This document shows positions 52,280 through 64,000 of a stretch of DNA of 64,000 nt, one piece after another. The translations under genes were made by a program, and so were the position numbers. Position 1 is the stretch's first letter; every line of letters starts with the position of its first letter. This DNA comes from Camelus ferus (lineage: Eukaryota), in NCBI RefSeq assembly GCF_009834535.1, contig NC_045697.1:87670001-87734000 (forward strand). Reading direction: 5' to 3'. Under the pieces are notes generated by a model, which was not told the origin of the DNA, made no database searches, and saw only the letters and a program-made list of their open reading frames with translations.

Positions 52280-52715
52280 CATTTATTTGTTCATTTACCC
52301 AAACGGAGATCTGTGCAAAGCCAAATCCTGTAATGTAAAGCAGGATATGAGAGTGCCTCAAAGAGGCTAAAAAAGATGTTTGTTTTAATGCCATGTCCAT
52401 TTTTGGCAGTTTTAGAGCCTGTGTACATTTTGAGGGGACAAGGAGGAATTAATCAAAGGAAGAACTGTGAGAATAAGTTTGGAGAATGGGGGTGGGGAGG
52501 TGAGATTTGAGGTGGAGAAATCAGTTTATACGAATTTCAGGATCAAGGAGATTTTGGAGGCTGCATGTGACACAGGTGTGCTTGGTTGGAGCACCGTGTG
52601 ACAGCATGAGGGGTGGGGGTGGTGGGAGCTGGGCTGGGAGGGGAGGTGGGGGTGGAGTTTGCAGAGCTAGCAGGGGCCAGATCCTGGAAGATTATATGTG
52701 CTGTATCCATTGAAC
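52280..52715 (-). mobile_element. L2 fragment
   Basis: catttatttgttcatttacccaaac ... agcaggggccagatcctggaag. Confidence 0.45.
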
Positions 52716-54804
52716 TATATTAATGTTTCTTCTTTAATCATACTGTAATAACATTTGCTGCTGGGTTTGCTGTATTAATTCATATTTTAAAAAATTCCTA
52801 TTTGCCCAAGCTGAAAACTTTGTAAGTTGTGTTTGTGTTTGAATATCACTACGTGTGATAGCTTACATTCCAGCAGACACAATCTTGAGGTTTAATTAGA
52901 CCAATTTTACAAGCAGTTTTATATAAAACAAATGTTTCAACCCATGTCTTTAGAATGGAGACAGTCATCTCTGAAAGGGGCTTCTTCCTAAAAGTCCAAC
53001 TCAGAGGTTTTTTGGTCTTGGCGGTGTGATTACCACTGTTTTGAGTACCTTGCCCTGCAAAATATACACCATCTCACTTTGCAGTGTCCTAAGATGGGCA
53101 TTTTATACCTCTGTCTAGAACTGGTCATGGAGTTAGGTGTACCAGGAAAAAGGATCTAATTTCACTGAAAAGATGGAATATACATTTGCACTAATGTCTG
53201 GAAAATCAACTTGTGCCTAAATTTTAAAGGACTGTAAGACGAATCAGTGAAATTTTTGCAATACGCTTTTACTGTATATTCTGGTAAAGTCATTTGGCCC
53301 CTAAGCCTCAGAAGGTTAATTGGATCTCTCGTAATGAGTGACTACACACAGTCACACATGGTTTGGAAATTTATTTATTAATTAAAAATTGTTATTTTTC
53401 AGGCAATAACATTGAGGTGCTAAATTCAACTCTCTTTTATTGAGTGGGATTGTTCTAAATTTGTTAGTTTTATGGCTCCTGTGATGAACATTATTAAAAA
53501 CGAGCACTAAGAGCCAACTTAAATAAAAAAAAATACCTATGTTGCTTAAATATGTTTTTCATCTCTACGTCTAGCAAATAGCTTTTATGTAAATTTGAAC
53601 CTGCTTTGAGCTTTTGGGGACAAGTATAATAGCACTGAGTCAGGTATTTGCCATGTACCAGAGGTGGCTACTGAGTGGGAATTTTGTTAGTTAAAGGAGT
53701 CACTCTTAATAACAAAAAAGTTGTAAGACAAGCAGGAGGAGGGGTGGGGAAGGCAAGGTTTGAACCTACTGTTTCATTAAGCAAAGGAGAAAAATATTTT
53801 GCAAATACAGTTCTGTATCTCATTTGCCTCTCCTATTTCCTTTTTCGCCTTCCAGTTTTTCTTTCTTCTTTCTCTTGTTATCCTTTGCTGTAAAAATAAA
53901 TGTATTGCTTATTTTAGCACTTGATAAATGTCATATATATGTAATTTTCTTTAATGGAATAGCTTATTAGTTTTTCTTACGGCTTATTTCTTTCATAGAG
54001 ACCCATCACATAGATGCCAGGAATTTATAATACCTTAAGTGGTACCTTCCTGAGGAAAAGAGAGAAAGGTATTATCATTACTACAACACATCCACGTACC
54101 ATTAAGAGTTTCTTTTAAGGGATTAAATCTGCAGAGAAAGAAAGAAAGGGATCCTAAAAGCGGCTGCTGTATCAAACCCCACAGTTGTAGAAGAACAATC
54201 TGCAAGGATGTCTTTTGCTTTAATCATTTTGTCTCTTAGCTCTTCTCTTCTTTTAAGGATGTTCTCAGTCTTACTATCTCAGATTTTAGTGTACATGTGT
54301 GCTCTGGGGAATGGAGAGCTGTGGAGAAACTCAAATACTTCTACATAATAGGTCTACATAATAGTTATGGGAGAGAGAGCACATTTAGAAGATGGGAAAC
54401 TTTTATGCTGGAAAGACCAGGCCTTTCAGATGTTTGAGAGATTGTTACATGGGACCATTTATGAAGACCATCCCAGAGATCTAGACCATGAAGGCTTGAA
54501 CCGTATCAAGGGTAGGAAAACTTTGTGTAGACTTCTAGATGTAGACCCTGCGTGACTTTAAGGGGAAGGGTTGAGGACTTAAAATATCAAAATTTACAAG
54601 TACATAGTTCCTAGGAATGACAAGACAGGTCTCTGAAGGAAAATTCCATGTGGCTTTCTCAGAGAGTCCAATTCCTTTAAAAACAAAAATATAGCAACCT
54701 CCCCCCACCCCAAAACTCAGATGCAACTCGATATGGAAGAAAGAATAATATGTATGCAGAATTTTCTCAAGGGGGAAAATGGTACCTAGAAGCTCCTGTG
54801 TCAG

Positions 54805-55200
54805 AGCAATTTCCTTTGAAATAGCTATATCAGATGTACTAAGAAACGGAAACCCTTTGGTCCTGGTAAATTTAGGAGACTTTGCAACTATACGTTACAA
54901 GATATTATTAGTCAGAGATATCCCATGAGTAAAACTGCTGTAAACATTCAACACATAAAATACCTGGACATTAAGTATCCACAGATATTATAGAATTCCT
55001 GTATGAGAGAAACCTCATAAATGTAGCAGCCTAAGGTTTAAGTCAGATATTGGAGATCATCTCAGTGACCCAGGGAAGAAAGTCTACATCTGTGATGGAT
55101 TGTACTAAGGGCTTTAAAATGCATGGATTCTTGTTGCTACTTAGAAATTTAGTTGGTTTATGACTCAGGGAAAGGCTCTGAGATGATGTTAATAGATCTG
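54805..55200 (+). mobile_element. Ancient non-LTR reverse-transcriptase fossil (CR1/L3-like)
   Basis: Ordered degenerate RT motifs with frameshifts: QFPLK*(W), KKRKPFGPGKFRRL (54841), GKKVYI, MDCTKGF (55095), GK.LR*(W) (about 55180). Confidence 0.5.
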
Positions 55201-55577
55201 AAGAGGCGATGTCTGTCAGGAGGGGATTGGTCAGTAAAGAACTGGTAGATACGGGGGCTGTGGGTTGGCTGTATCAATCAGAGAGAGCACAGAGCATGAG
55301 GGAAATGCTTCCACCTATGGAGCAGCATACTTCTCGAAAGAGATACTTGTTACCATTAACATGAAAATATATGACTGCCTCCGTTTTATCCAGTTCTAGG
55401 ATCATCTTCAGATTGTAATTTGACTTCTGTGCACTTGCTACTTAAAAAAGAAAAACTACAGAAGATTTGAGTATCCTGTCTTTTTGGCAGTTTTATTTTT
55501 TACTCTATGTTACTCCAGTAAAAAAAAAATATCGATTATATACAGTCTCTTGTGAATTATATTAGTCTGAGGTTTTA

Positions 55578-55857
55578 ATGTGTAGTTCAGACAGTTTTTG
55601 TCACTGGCATGATCACTGCACACAACATTATGAACCAGACCCAGGATGTTGATGCTTACCCTCTGAAGCTTCATCTGGGGCTACATGACTCATTTGTGCA
55701 AGCTGGAAACTGTTGCCCCTTCCTCTGAGTAGACATAGCTTTGCACCAGGGAAGCTGGCTTGGTGAGCAAAGGGTGGGTTGGATCTCATCTCTTATTTTC
55801 TCTTGATTGGTGCCTTTGGTCAGTGACCAGCCTGTGCAACCACATCAGTGGCTCTGA
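55578..55857. mobile_element. hAT-Tip100 MITE, MER91-like
   Basis: Ends gtagttcagacag...cactgcacacaac and cagtgaccagcctgtgcaaccacatcagtggctctg resemble MER91 termini. Confidence 0.4.
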
Positions 55858-56334
55858 TAGCACCAAGTTCCTTAGCAGTTGGCAAGCCTGATGGCATGCT
55901 ACACAGTTTGTGTGTATTTTTTGGAAGCATATTGTATGTATCTTTCAGATTCATATTCAATGCACAAAAATGGCAAATTAGGGGTGGTTATTTTCATTTT
56001 ATGTGTTAAATAGGGCATGAAAATTATTTGTTTAAATAATTTCTCCCATTATTTAATTTAGAAAAATGTTGAAGAACACATCTAATAGTTGAAATATATT
56101 TTACTTTAAAAAGTTTTTGTTTGTTGAGTCTCACAAAAAGTCACATAGATGTCCTGTCTTAGCCACACCCCTCTCCTATTATCAGAATAGCTACAATCTG
56201 CAACGTCTACTCTTTTTTTCCTTAGATTTAGAAAGTTTTGAACACACATACACACAAATATTTATGGCAGATTGTACTATTGTTCCTAATATTCCTTTTC
56301 TCCTTACCCCAAAGAAGATAACGCATTCTTTTCC

Positions 56335-56638
56335 CATTGATGTGCAGCATGGTCGTCTGATTTGCTCAAGCCAAGGGATATGCCAAATCTGAGAAGTTCT
56401 TTCACTTCTGCCCCTCCACCCCATTCCCCTCAAGAAAAGCAGGTATGAGATGGGTGCTGCTCCTCCAGCCTGGATTCTGGATTGAGAAAACAAATGAAGC
56501 AGACTCCATCAGCCCACAGCCTGCACCAGAGCCACAGCCAGCCTGCAGTCCTCATTTAACATGAGTGAGAAATAACTGCCAGAGTTAGCTCTGAGATTTG
56601 GGGCTTGCTTGTTGCCACAGCAAAAACTATCTAATACA
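56335..56638 (+). mobile_element. MaLR LTR 3' part (MLT1J/K-like)
   Basis: ccagcctggattctg...aacatgagtgagaaataa...ctgagatttggggcttgcttgttgccacagca...ctaataca. Confidence 0.75.
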
Positions 56639-56679
56639 TGTTTTAATGTTACTGTCATAACAAGTATTGCTGTAACGTT

Positions 56680-56870
56680 GCCAGCACTCATTGCTGCTTT
56701 ACACTTTTACACCACTGGCGGTTGTAAACTGCTCTCAAATGGACGACCTCATTTGATACTCACACCTGCAATTGACAGTAGGTGCCTTAAGTTGACACTA
56801 AGAGAAGTTCACGAATTCTCTCAAGGTCAAGGTGCTGGTAAGTGGTAGGACAGGACCCTGAGCTCAAGTT
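56680..56870 (-). mobile_element. MIR SINE
   Basis: ctcatttgatactcacac...ctaagagaagttcacgaattctctcaaggtcaaggtgctggtaagtgg. Confidence 0.6.
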
Positions 56871-56994
56871 GTCATTTTTCTGGACCTTAGGTGACTAATC
56901 TCCAATCCACTTTACTAACTTTTTAAGGTTGCACACATCCCCATTGTCCATCATGCCAGCCCATGGTGACTCTGTCTGTACAGGTACTTCATCC

Positions 56995-57587
56995 ATCCTA
57001 ATTCCTTAACTGGCATTTCAAAGACCTTCCACCAAGATCAAGGGAAAAATAAAAACCCTCATCATATCCTCCACACAATTCTGAGTTGTCTGTGTGCTGC
57101 AGGTCTCTCTAGCCTCAAATTCTTACTTCGTCGCCACCTTGATTGCTCCCTGGCCTCCAGCCACACTGGCTTCTTTTCAGTGTCCCGGGAGAAGTCATGC
57201 TTTCTTCCACTGCAGGGTTTTGTGTATATTATTCTTTTCTGCTAAAATGCCCCTTCTCACCCTACATTCATCCCCACCATCTACCATCCCCTTCCCCTCA
57301 AAATCTAGGTCACTCCTATCCTTTCTTTAAATCTCTGCTCTGTAGTCAGTGGCAGGGAGACCTCTTCTGACTTTCCAGATCTCACATCGAAGCCTAGACC
57401 CTGAAAGGACATCTCCTTCTGCCTTGACTGGGATCGATGTGGTTCAGTTTGTGTAACGTCTCTAAACTCCATTCTTTTCCCTTTGTTATTATTTTATGAG
57501 TGGTTATTTATCTTACTCACCCTAGTACTTAGCACACTCTCTGGTACCTAATAGGTACTCCACAAACATTTCGTGAATCACTGAACA
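56995..57587 (+). mobile_element. L2 3' fragment
   Basis: ccttaactggcatttcaaagaccttcc...ctccagccacactggcttctt...cttagcacactctctggtacctaataggtactccacaaacatttcgtgaat. Confidence 0.7.
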
Positions 57588-57784
57588 TTCAGATACGACA
57601 CTGAACCCTGACTCGGCAGCAGCCGGTGCAGCTGAGCCGACACGAATGGGATGGGAGTGTCAGGTTTTGATAAGGGGAGGGACTGCTGTGGGGAGTTGGA
57701 GACGGTGATGACAAGGGAGTTTGGTGGGAAGCAGCCAAGGGGCTGTTGGTGGCCGCTGCAGCATGCCAGGTAATAATCAGAGAG

Positions 57785-57799
57785 CCACTAGGAGGCAGC
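57785..57799 (+). promoter_or_regulatory. Candidate CTCF site
   Basis: CCACTAGGAGGCAGC has one mismatch to CCASYAGRKGGCRS and lies in a GC-rich, repeat-free patch. Confidence 0.4.
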
Positions 57800-58286
57800 C
57801 CCCTGGGTGTGTCTAGTCGAGGCTCACCCCACTGAGGACGCACATGCCAAGGACTCACTCACTTCTCTCCAGCAGCTCAAGTCTTCAAACTTTCTTTCCA
57901 GTTTTCACAAAGCTGATGTTTCTAGACTTGCTTGCCAGTGAAGCTTAGAGGTTTCCACGTGTTTTCCTCACCCTTTCATTCTCCTGAGGTGTGTTTTTCT
58001 CTGTAGATTTATTCCTTTTTTTCTTTTGCTTGAAGGAACAGCAACTTTGAGGCCAAGTAGAACAGAGGAGGAAGTATACCCTCTAAATCTATGACTGGCC
58101 CACGGCAGGCCCAGTTTTGGAGCCCAGTTTGGATGCCCTCCTGGTATCACTGCTAGTCTTTGGGGGATTTTCTCTCTCTTTCATTGGGCTGCTTCCTAAT
58201 CTTATTTCGTAAACAGCAATATAAGATTTCCACTTAAAAAGAAAAACAAAGAAATAAAAAACTTCTTCCAGGTTTTCTGATAAAGA

Positions 58287-58290
<4 letters not shown>

Positions 58291-58324
<34 letters not shown>
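58291..58324. repeat. (TG)17 microsatellite
   Basis: Seen directly. Confidence 0.95.
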
Positions 58325-58325
<1 letters not shown>

Positions 58326-59954
58326 TGGGGGGTGCAGAATTGGCCTTACACCTTTGAAAATAATATGTTGATTTATGATGATTAAAAGGGAGAAGTAGAA
58401 TGGAAACAGGAAAAAATAGCACTAGTTTGCCTACGAGAGACTCAGATTAAAGGTAAGGATTCATTTTAAGAATGATGAGGGAGGTGTTAGTATTGATCTG
58501 GGTAGGGAGCTACTGACTGTGAGCAGGACATCCAAGGAGGCTAACCAGGGAAACAGCTCAATGGGTGATACTTGGAAAACTAAGACCCCATTACAAAGCT
58601 GGGGGACTGCATCAGAATGCACTTGAACCCTGGCGTGCACACATTTAAATCTCCCAACCCAGTTGCACCCTTTTGGTCAAAGTGCACCCGAGTCATCCCC
58701 AGTGGAGAGTTCACATTGCATGGTCCAGAGTCTTGGAAGGTCCTCACTTATCTAAAGGTCTCCTCTGTTTGGGGAGCTCAGGGGCTGGCTAAGAAGGTTT
58801 AACATTTTTCTATTAAAAATGACACACACCCACTTTCTCCCCTTCCATGGCATGTGCAAATCTAGTTAGCTGAATGTAGCTTAGAGACAGTCCTACACTG
58901 CCCCGATGGGTACAGGCACACGCTTAGTCATACAAAATAGCACCGTTAGCAAGGGCGTGTGCTAGCACATGCCATTAATTCATCAAGTGAATTCCTGTTT
59001 GTTCTAAGTCTCTACCGAGACCCCAACAATGTGTGATTCCGTGAAACATTCTGCCACAAACTTGGTTCTGTCCCTTGTCTGTCCTCCCTTTGCTTGGCCA
59101 ACCCCAGTTTAGGATCTCCTGACAGAGGGCCAGCACTCACATTGCAAAGTTTTCATTTTTGACCTGATATCTTTGATTTGTTCTGCTACTGTTCCTCTTT
59201 GTCTGATCTTTTCATCATCCCTTTATTCTTGTCTCTTCTCCTTCATCATCTTAGTGCCAGGCTCCTCGCCCACACACATCTGATCTACCCATTCTCACTG
59301 TCAGTTTCCAGGTTGGCCTCAGCCAGAATGTGATGGTACTATACTTCTTTACAACATACTTTTCATTGTAACATAAAATGTTACAGCAATTCAATGATAC
59401 ATAGTCTTCTTTATTTAAGAATACTTGTGACACTGTAATTTTTTTTTCACATGGGTAGGTCTGCCCTCCATGATGTCTCCTTATCATCTTGCTGGTGAGT
59501 AGAGACGCCTGTCATTGAGATCTTCCCCATGCCTAAAGACCACCAGAATCACGGCTTTTACATATGGGAATAGTAATAAATACGTTCTGTGTGGCAGCCT
59601 GGGCTTTGAATAGGGACAGGAGGCGTATCAGGCTACAAGCCTTGTATGATTTCCTTGAAAATACAGAAGAAAGATGAGTTAAATAGGGTTTTCAGCATCA
59701 CAGATTCTGTGTGTCTCTGTAATGCCCTGGCCAGTTAGTTCTGCCTATCCCTTGTGCTATGTCATCCCCAATGGATTATTCTGATTTCCCCTAAAAGTGA
59801 GAAAAAACAATTTTCTCTATTGCTGGCATTAAAGGGTCAGGAAGCATCTTTATTTCTCTATTTCTGGCAATAAAGGATCAGAAAAACTGCTTTCCTCTTT
59901 GGTCCTAAGCAAAGGAATGGGAAGATTATTAATTTTAATATGAAATTATTTAAC

Positions 59955-60538
59955 CATATAAAATAATTTTATATGATCCAGCAATTCCACTCTTGGGTAT
60001 ATACCTAAAATAATTGAATGTAGGGACTCAAAGAAATATTTTTACACCATTGTTCATAGCAGCATTATTCGCAATGGCCAAAAGGTAGAAACGACTCACA
60101 TGTCTATTGACAGATGAATGGATAAACAAAATGTGATATGTGAATTCAATGGAATTATTTTTCAGCTTTGAAAAGGAAGGAAACTCAGACACTTGCTAAA
60201 ATAAGGATGAATCTTGAGGACATTGTGCTAAGTGAAATAAGCCAGTCACAAAAGGAAAAATCCTGCATAAGCCCACTTATACGAGGAATCTAGAACAGTC
60301 ACATTCAGTGATAGGAAGTAGAATGGCTGTCGGGGAGGGAGGGAGACAGGGAGGACGAGTTATTGTTTAATGGATACAGCCTTTCAGTTTTGCAAGAGGA
60401 GAAGAGCTCTGTACATGGATGGTGGTAATGGTAGGACAACAATATGAATATGTTTAATGACATCTAACTGTACACTGAAAAATGGTTAAGATGATAAATT
60501 TAACATCATGTATATTTTACACCTATTAAAATTTTTTT
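59955..60538 (+). mobile_element. L1MB-like 3' end (ORF2 C-terminus and 3'UTR)
   Basis: atatgatccagcaattccactcttgggtatatacc...gatgaatggataaacaaaatgtg...gctaagtgaaataagccagtcacaaaagg...aaaatggttaagatg. Confidence 0.9.
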
Positions 60539-60564
60539 AGACGTCACCTCTAACATGTGAAACC

Positions 60565-60760
60565 AATTATAGGTTACCTACTATGTGCCAGATGTTGAAC
60601 TAGGTACTTTACATACATTTATTACTGATAAATATTATTATTCTCATTTTACAAGTGAAGAAGCAGAAGTTCACAGGAGTTAAAATAATTTCATGAGATC
60701 ATGCAATAAAGCAGCAGAAATGAAATCTGAATGCAGGCCCGTGTAGTCTCCACTACGCCA
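60565..60760 (-). mobile_element. MIR SINE
   Basis: cctactatgtgccagatgttgaactaggtactttacatacatt...ttattctcattttacaagtgaagaagcagaagttcac. Confidence 0.8.
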
Positions 60761-63700
60761 CAAGCCCACTACCCGTGTGTACTAACGTATTTGTGCACAC
60801 AGACACACACACAACCCCGCACACACATAGGATTCTGTATTTTCATCTCAGTATAGAATGTGTATTATTCTTCAGCTTAATTAATTGTGTTAATTACTAT
60901 AAATACAAATGTTGAGGCTAACCACTTAATGAATATGGCAGAGTTAAGCCACATAATCACCGTATGGTGCGTGCCATGGACCATTTCTCATTGCTGAAGG
61001 CATCTGAGAGGCAGAAGTACTGGGCAAACACAGCTTTACTGGTTGCTGAGGTAGCAGGGAATGAGACTGATTGTTTAGGCTTCAGGCTTTGCAATTACAA
61101 GCTGGCATTTCAGTAACGACAATTTAAAATTTAAGTTCCAAAAAGGCTTAAGACCAGGTCCATCCTCTGACCTTTTTTTCTCCCACAGTTTTGAGATTAC
61201 TTTTAACATGTATTTGGTGGTGCTGCTGGAAGATTTTTCTAAGCATTTTGATTTTTTGTTTCCATCTCTGATTGAACTTGATATGTGTTCTTTGTGTAAC
61301 AAGAACAGTCTGTCTGGTGTAGGCAGGAATTGGGTCCCCAGTACACAAAACAGCCTTGGCCCTGCTGGAGCATGTATTCCCTAGGTAGCGGGCACAGAGG
61401 CAGGGTAATTGGCTACCTCCTGGTTGTAAGTGCAGGTATGTTAACTGTGGGCTTGAGAGGAACCTCCATTTTGGGTTGCAGTTTATTATTAGGTGAGGAA
61501 ATTACTGGACACCTCCAGCTGCCATTAATCAGACACAGAGTCAGACTGGAGCCAAGTGAGAAGCCTGTGGGTGGATTCTGCCCGGTGCTGTGGAAATACA
61601 AGAAGACAGAGACAAATGTTTTCCAGCCTAGCAGCACTAAACTCTGCCCTTTCACAGTCCTTAACATGCTTGTTCAAATTGATTTAGTTCATTTCCCCCC
61701 TCAACCTCACCATCCATTTTCCTTGAAGACGGACAGTTTTATGTGTTGCTACCATGTTATTCTGTGTTGCTACTCTGCCGGTAGCTATAGTGTTTCAGCA
61801 ACGTTTACTTCCAGACGAAAAGGATGAGGGGGCGAGGGGGAGTGGAGACAGAGGGAGGTGAGGTTGCGTCATTTTAATTCTTTTTTTTATGGGGTGCAGA
61901 ACATGCCCATCATGGCACTGACATTCTCTCTCCTCTCCCTCTTTTCTTTATTCCTTTTCTCTGTCAATGATTTCCATGAAAAAGCCCTGAATAACATTTC
62001 CCACTTGAGAAACACATCTGTCAGGTGATGTCAACGCCTGGCTTCCTCTGCTTCCTGTTGGGTTCAAACGTGGCCTTCTCTCATGGTCCTGGAATGCTGA
62101 CATGGTCGAGTGGCCAGAGCCAAACACAGGTAGGGTCAAGCTGAAAAAATCGACGGGGGCCTTCTGTCCTCAGCTTAGCTTTGGAGGGAATGGGAAGAAT
62201 CTAGGAAGCGATTTATTGTCTCTGCTGGTGTAAATTCAGAAGAGGGGGATGGCGGAGAGAAAAAAAAAAAAAAAGAGACCGCAAACAGCCCCATCAGCTG
62301 CAGAGACGTCAGTCAAGACATCCCAAACATCCCAAGTGCTGGTCCAGTTGGAGACATTTGCCTCAGGATAAGCAGGAATTCAGATCTGACCCTCACCCTC
62401 AACATTTTTGGAAGTGGATGAAAGTGTCTTATCTGAACATGTAAGAATATTTCTGGCACTGAAGGCCACAGACGAAAATTCAGAGTTAAAATAAATACTC
62501 AGAGAAGGAGAGGAAACAGTGAGGTTAAAGGTCTGATCAGATACGCGCCTCTAAGCTCACTGACTTCACCACACGCTCGTTTTATTCCATCCGGTTTTCA
62601 TGTACTAACGTACGCCACAGCAAACAGACTCTCTTTTTACTCTTCCTGCTTTTGTGTGGACGGGGAGAAGACGACAAGTCCGGTGATTTAGGTAGACAAA
62701 TACAAATAAAATAAGCAAAATAAAATTAGATAAGCCAGTTTGAAGTGTGTAACCAGATATGAGTATTTTCCATTCTTTCCTGTGCACCAGTATTTAGTTA
62801 TGTATAGTGCCTGGGTCTGTGGACCAGTCATGATTATTACTCAGTAACAGAAAAGGTTTAAAATCATATCCTTAGAATGAATTTGCCATTTTATGAAGAA
62901 GTAGAATCTGGGCAAGGACACTTAGTGAGATAGCCATATGCTTACATACACACGCACAATTTTTGTTTTTAAAGAAAAAAATGTTATTACTCCAGCACAG
63001 ATTAAGCTTAAGGATCGGGGTCTTAGTCATCTAATGACTTTCCAGGTGGGTCCTCTCTGGGCAACTGGAGGTCACAGGGAGGACACTCTGAGTGGGTGCT
63101 GAGATAGGGCGTGTGGTAATCCTTATACCATCAGCATGTAGATGACAGTCCCTTGTTTCCCTGCCGTTCTCAGGGTTTGCATGGTTGACTGTTCCTAATC
63201 AGAGATCACCTTGGTGACACACCGAGTTCCTCTGAAGCTGGGCACCAGTAGGCCTTCAGGGAAATGAAGCATGTGGCTACTTCAGCCAGACAGTCAGTCT
63301 CTGTTTGATGACTGTGCAATGACTGAGAAAGCCTTCTGACTTCACTCCTGTGCTCCAGCATTGTCATGGCTTTGGTGCTTGGAGCATCGATTCGGCACTG
63401 CCTTGTGAGATCCAGGTGGGCAAATGAATTACCCAGACTCTCTTTCTGCAACAACTGAGCTCCCTTTGATGGGATGCCACGCAAATACCACTTAATAACC
63501 CAAACTTTCTCAGGAAGAAGATCCAACATATCACAAAACTACTGTCAGAAATCTTTTCTTCTGACAGTACCCTTTAAGTTATTTAAAATCTCTTTTTAAA
63601 GGGCATGAGAACATATGTGCCCAAACGACTTATTCACTGAAAAAGTTACCTTTACTGTTTTGGAGAATGTGCTGCAGAAAGTTTTCATAGTACTATTGGG

Positions 63701-64000
63701 AAGCAGGAGATTTTATGACCATTTGTTCAGAATCCAAAGTTGGGATGTACGTTGTAAAATATTAGGACTGTCTTTCTGGGAACCACAGAACAGATGTTTA
63801 TAATCAAGAATGTTCCAGAAAATCAGAATAAGTGATTGCCACAGTAATGGCTTAAATAATTAATATTTTAGTAGCTGTTATTCATATTTTATCTGTGTCA
63901 ATCTTTTCCCTCACACAGGAAAATAAAAATGAATCAGTAAAAACATTTTTACTTGGATCATCCAAGGAACTCTCTCAAGAGACAGAGGAGAATCCAGACA

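Noticed and set aside
61130..61220. FKFQKGLRPG...FNMYL resembling the RTE reverse-transcriptase motif GVRQG..LFN
   Set aside because: Spacing is too long, the conserved Q is missing and no downstream YADD is seen.
3820..62340. Scattered 8-13 bp tandem duplications (e.g. 3821, 34517, 42053, 44050, 51376, 54342) and many TGA(C/G)TCA sites
   Set aside because: Ordinary slippage products and short motifs expected by chance in 64 kb. They do not form a CRISPR-like or regular array.
13..63803. All ORFs in the six-frame track as genes, including the longest (11403..11969, 61330..61827, 18457..18939, 10916..11389, 30446..30910)
   Set aside because: No recognisable domains, low-complexity L/S/F/C-rich composition, many non-ATG starts, and several overlap repeats.

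Overview
This is non-coding, AT-rich placental-mammal DNA, either a large intron or a gene desert. I recognise no protein-coding exon, RNA gene or CRISPR array. The six-frame ORFs are chance ORFs or decayed transposon sequence. The window is a mosaic of old interspersed repeats (MIR, L2, L3/CR1, MaLR and ERV LTRs, hAT and Tigger DNA transposons, L1M relics) plus several younger cetartiodactyl-type L1 3' ends. I saw no ruminant, pig or cetacean SINEs, which points to a camelid (inference). Repeat-free blocks carry clustered transcription-factor motifs and are candidate enhancers or CTCF sites. The best-supported oddities are a twin-priming (5'-inverted) L1 at 5.0-6.0 kb, a hidden ancient CR1-like reverse-transcriptase fossil at 54.8-55.2 kb, a hAT transposase dimerisation-domain fossil near 21.9 kb, a Tigger MITE with three TIR copies, and a PBX-HOX/MEIS motif cluster at 10.4-10.6 kb. 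I found no evidence for a new biological system. Repeat family names come from recalled consensus resemblance, not database searches, and most boundaries are approximate.
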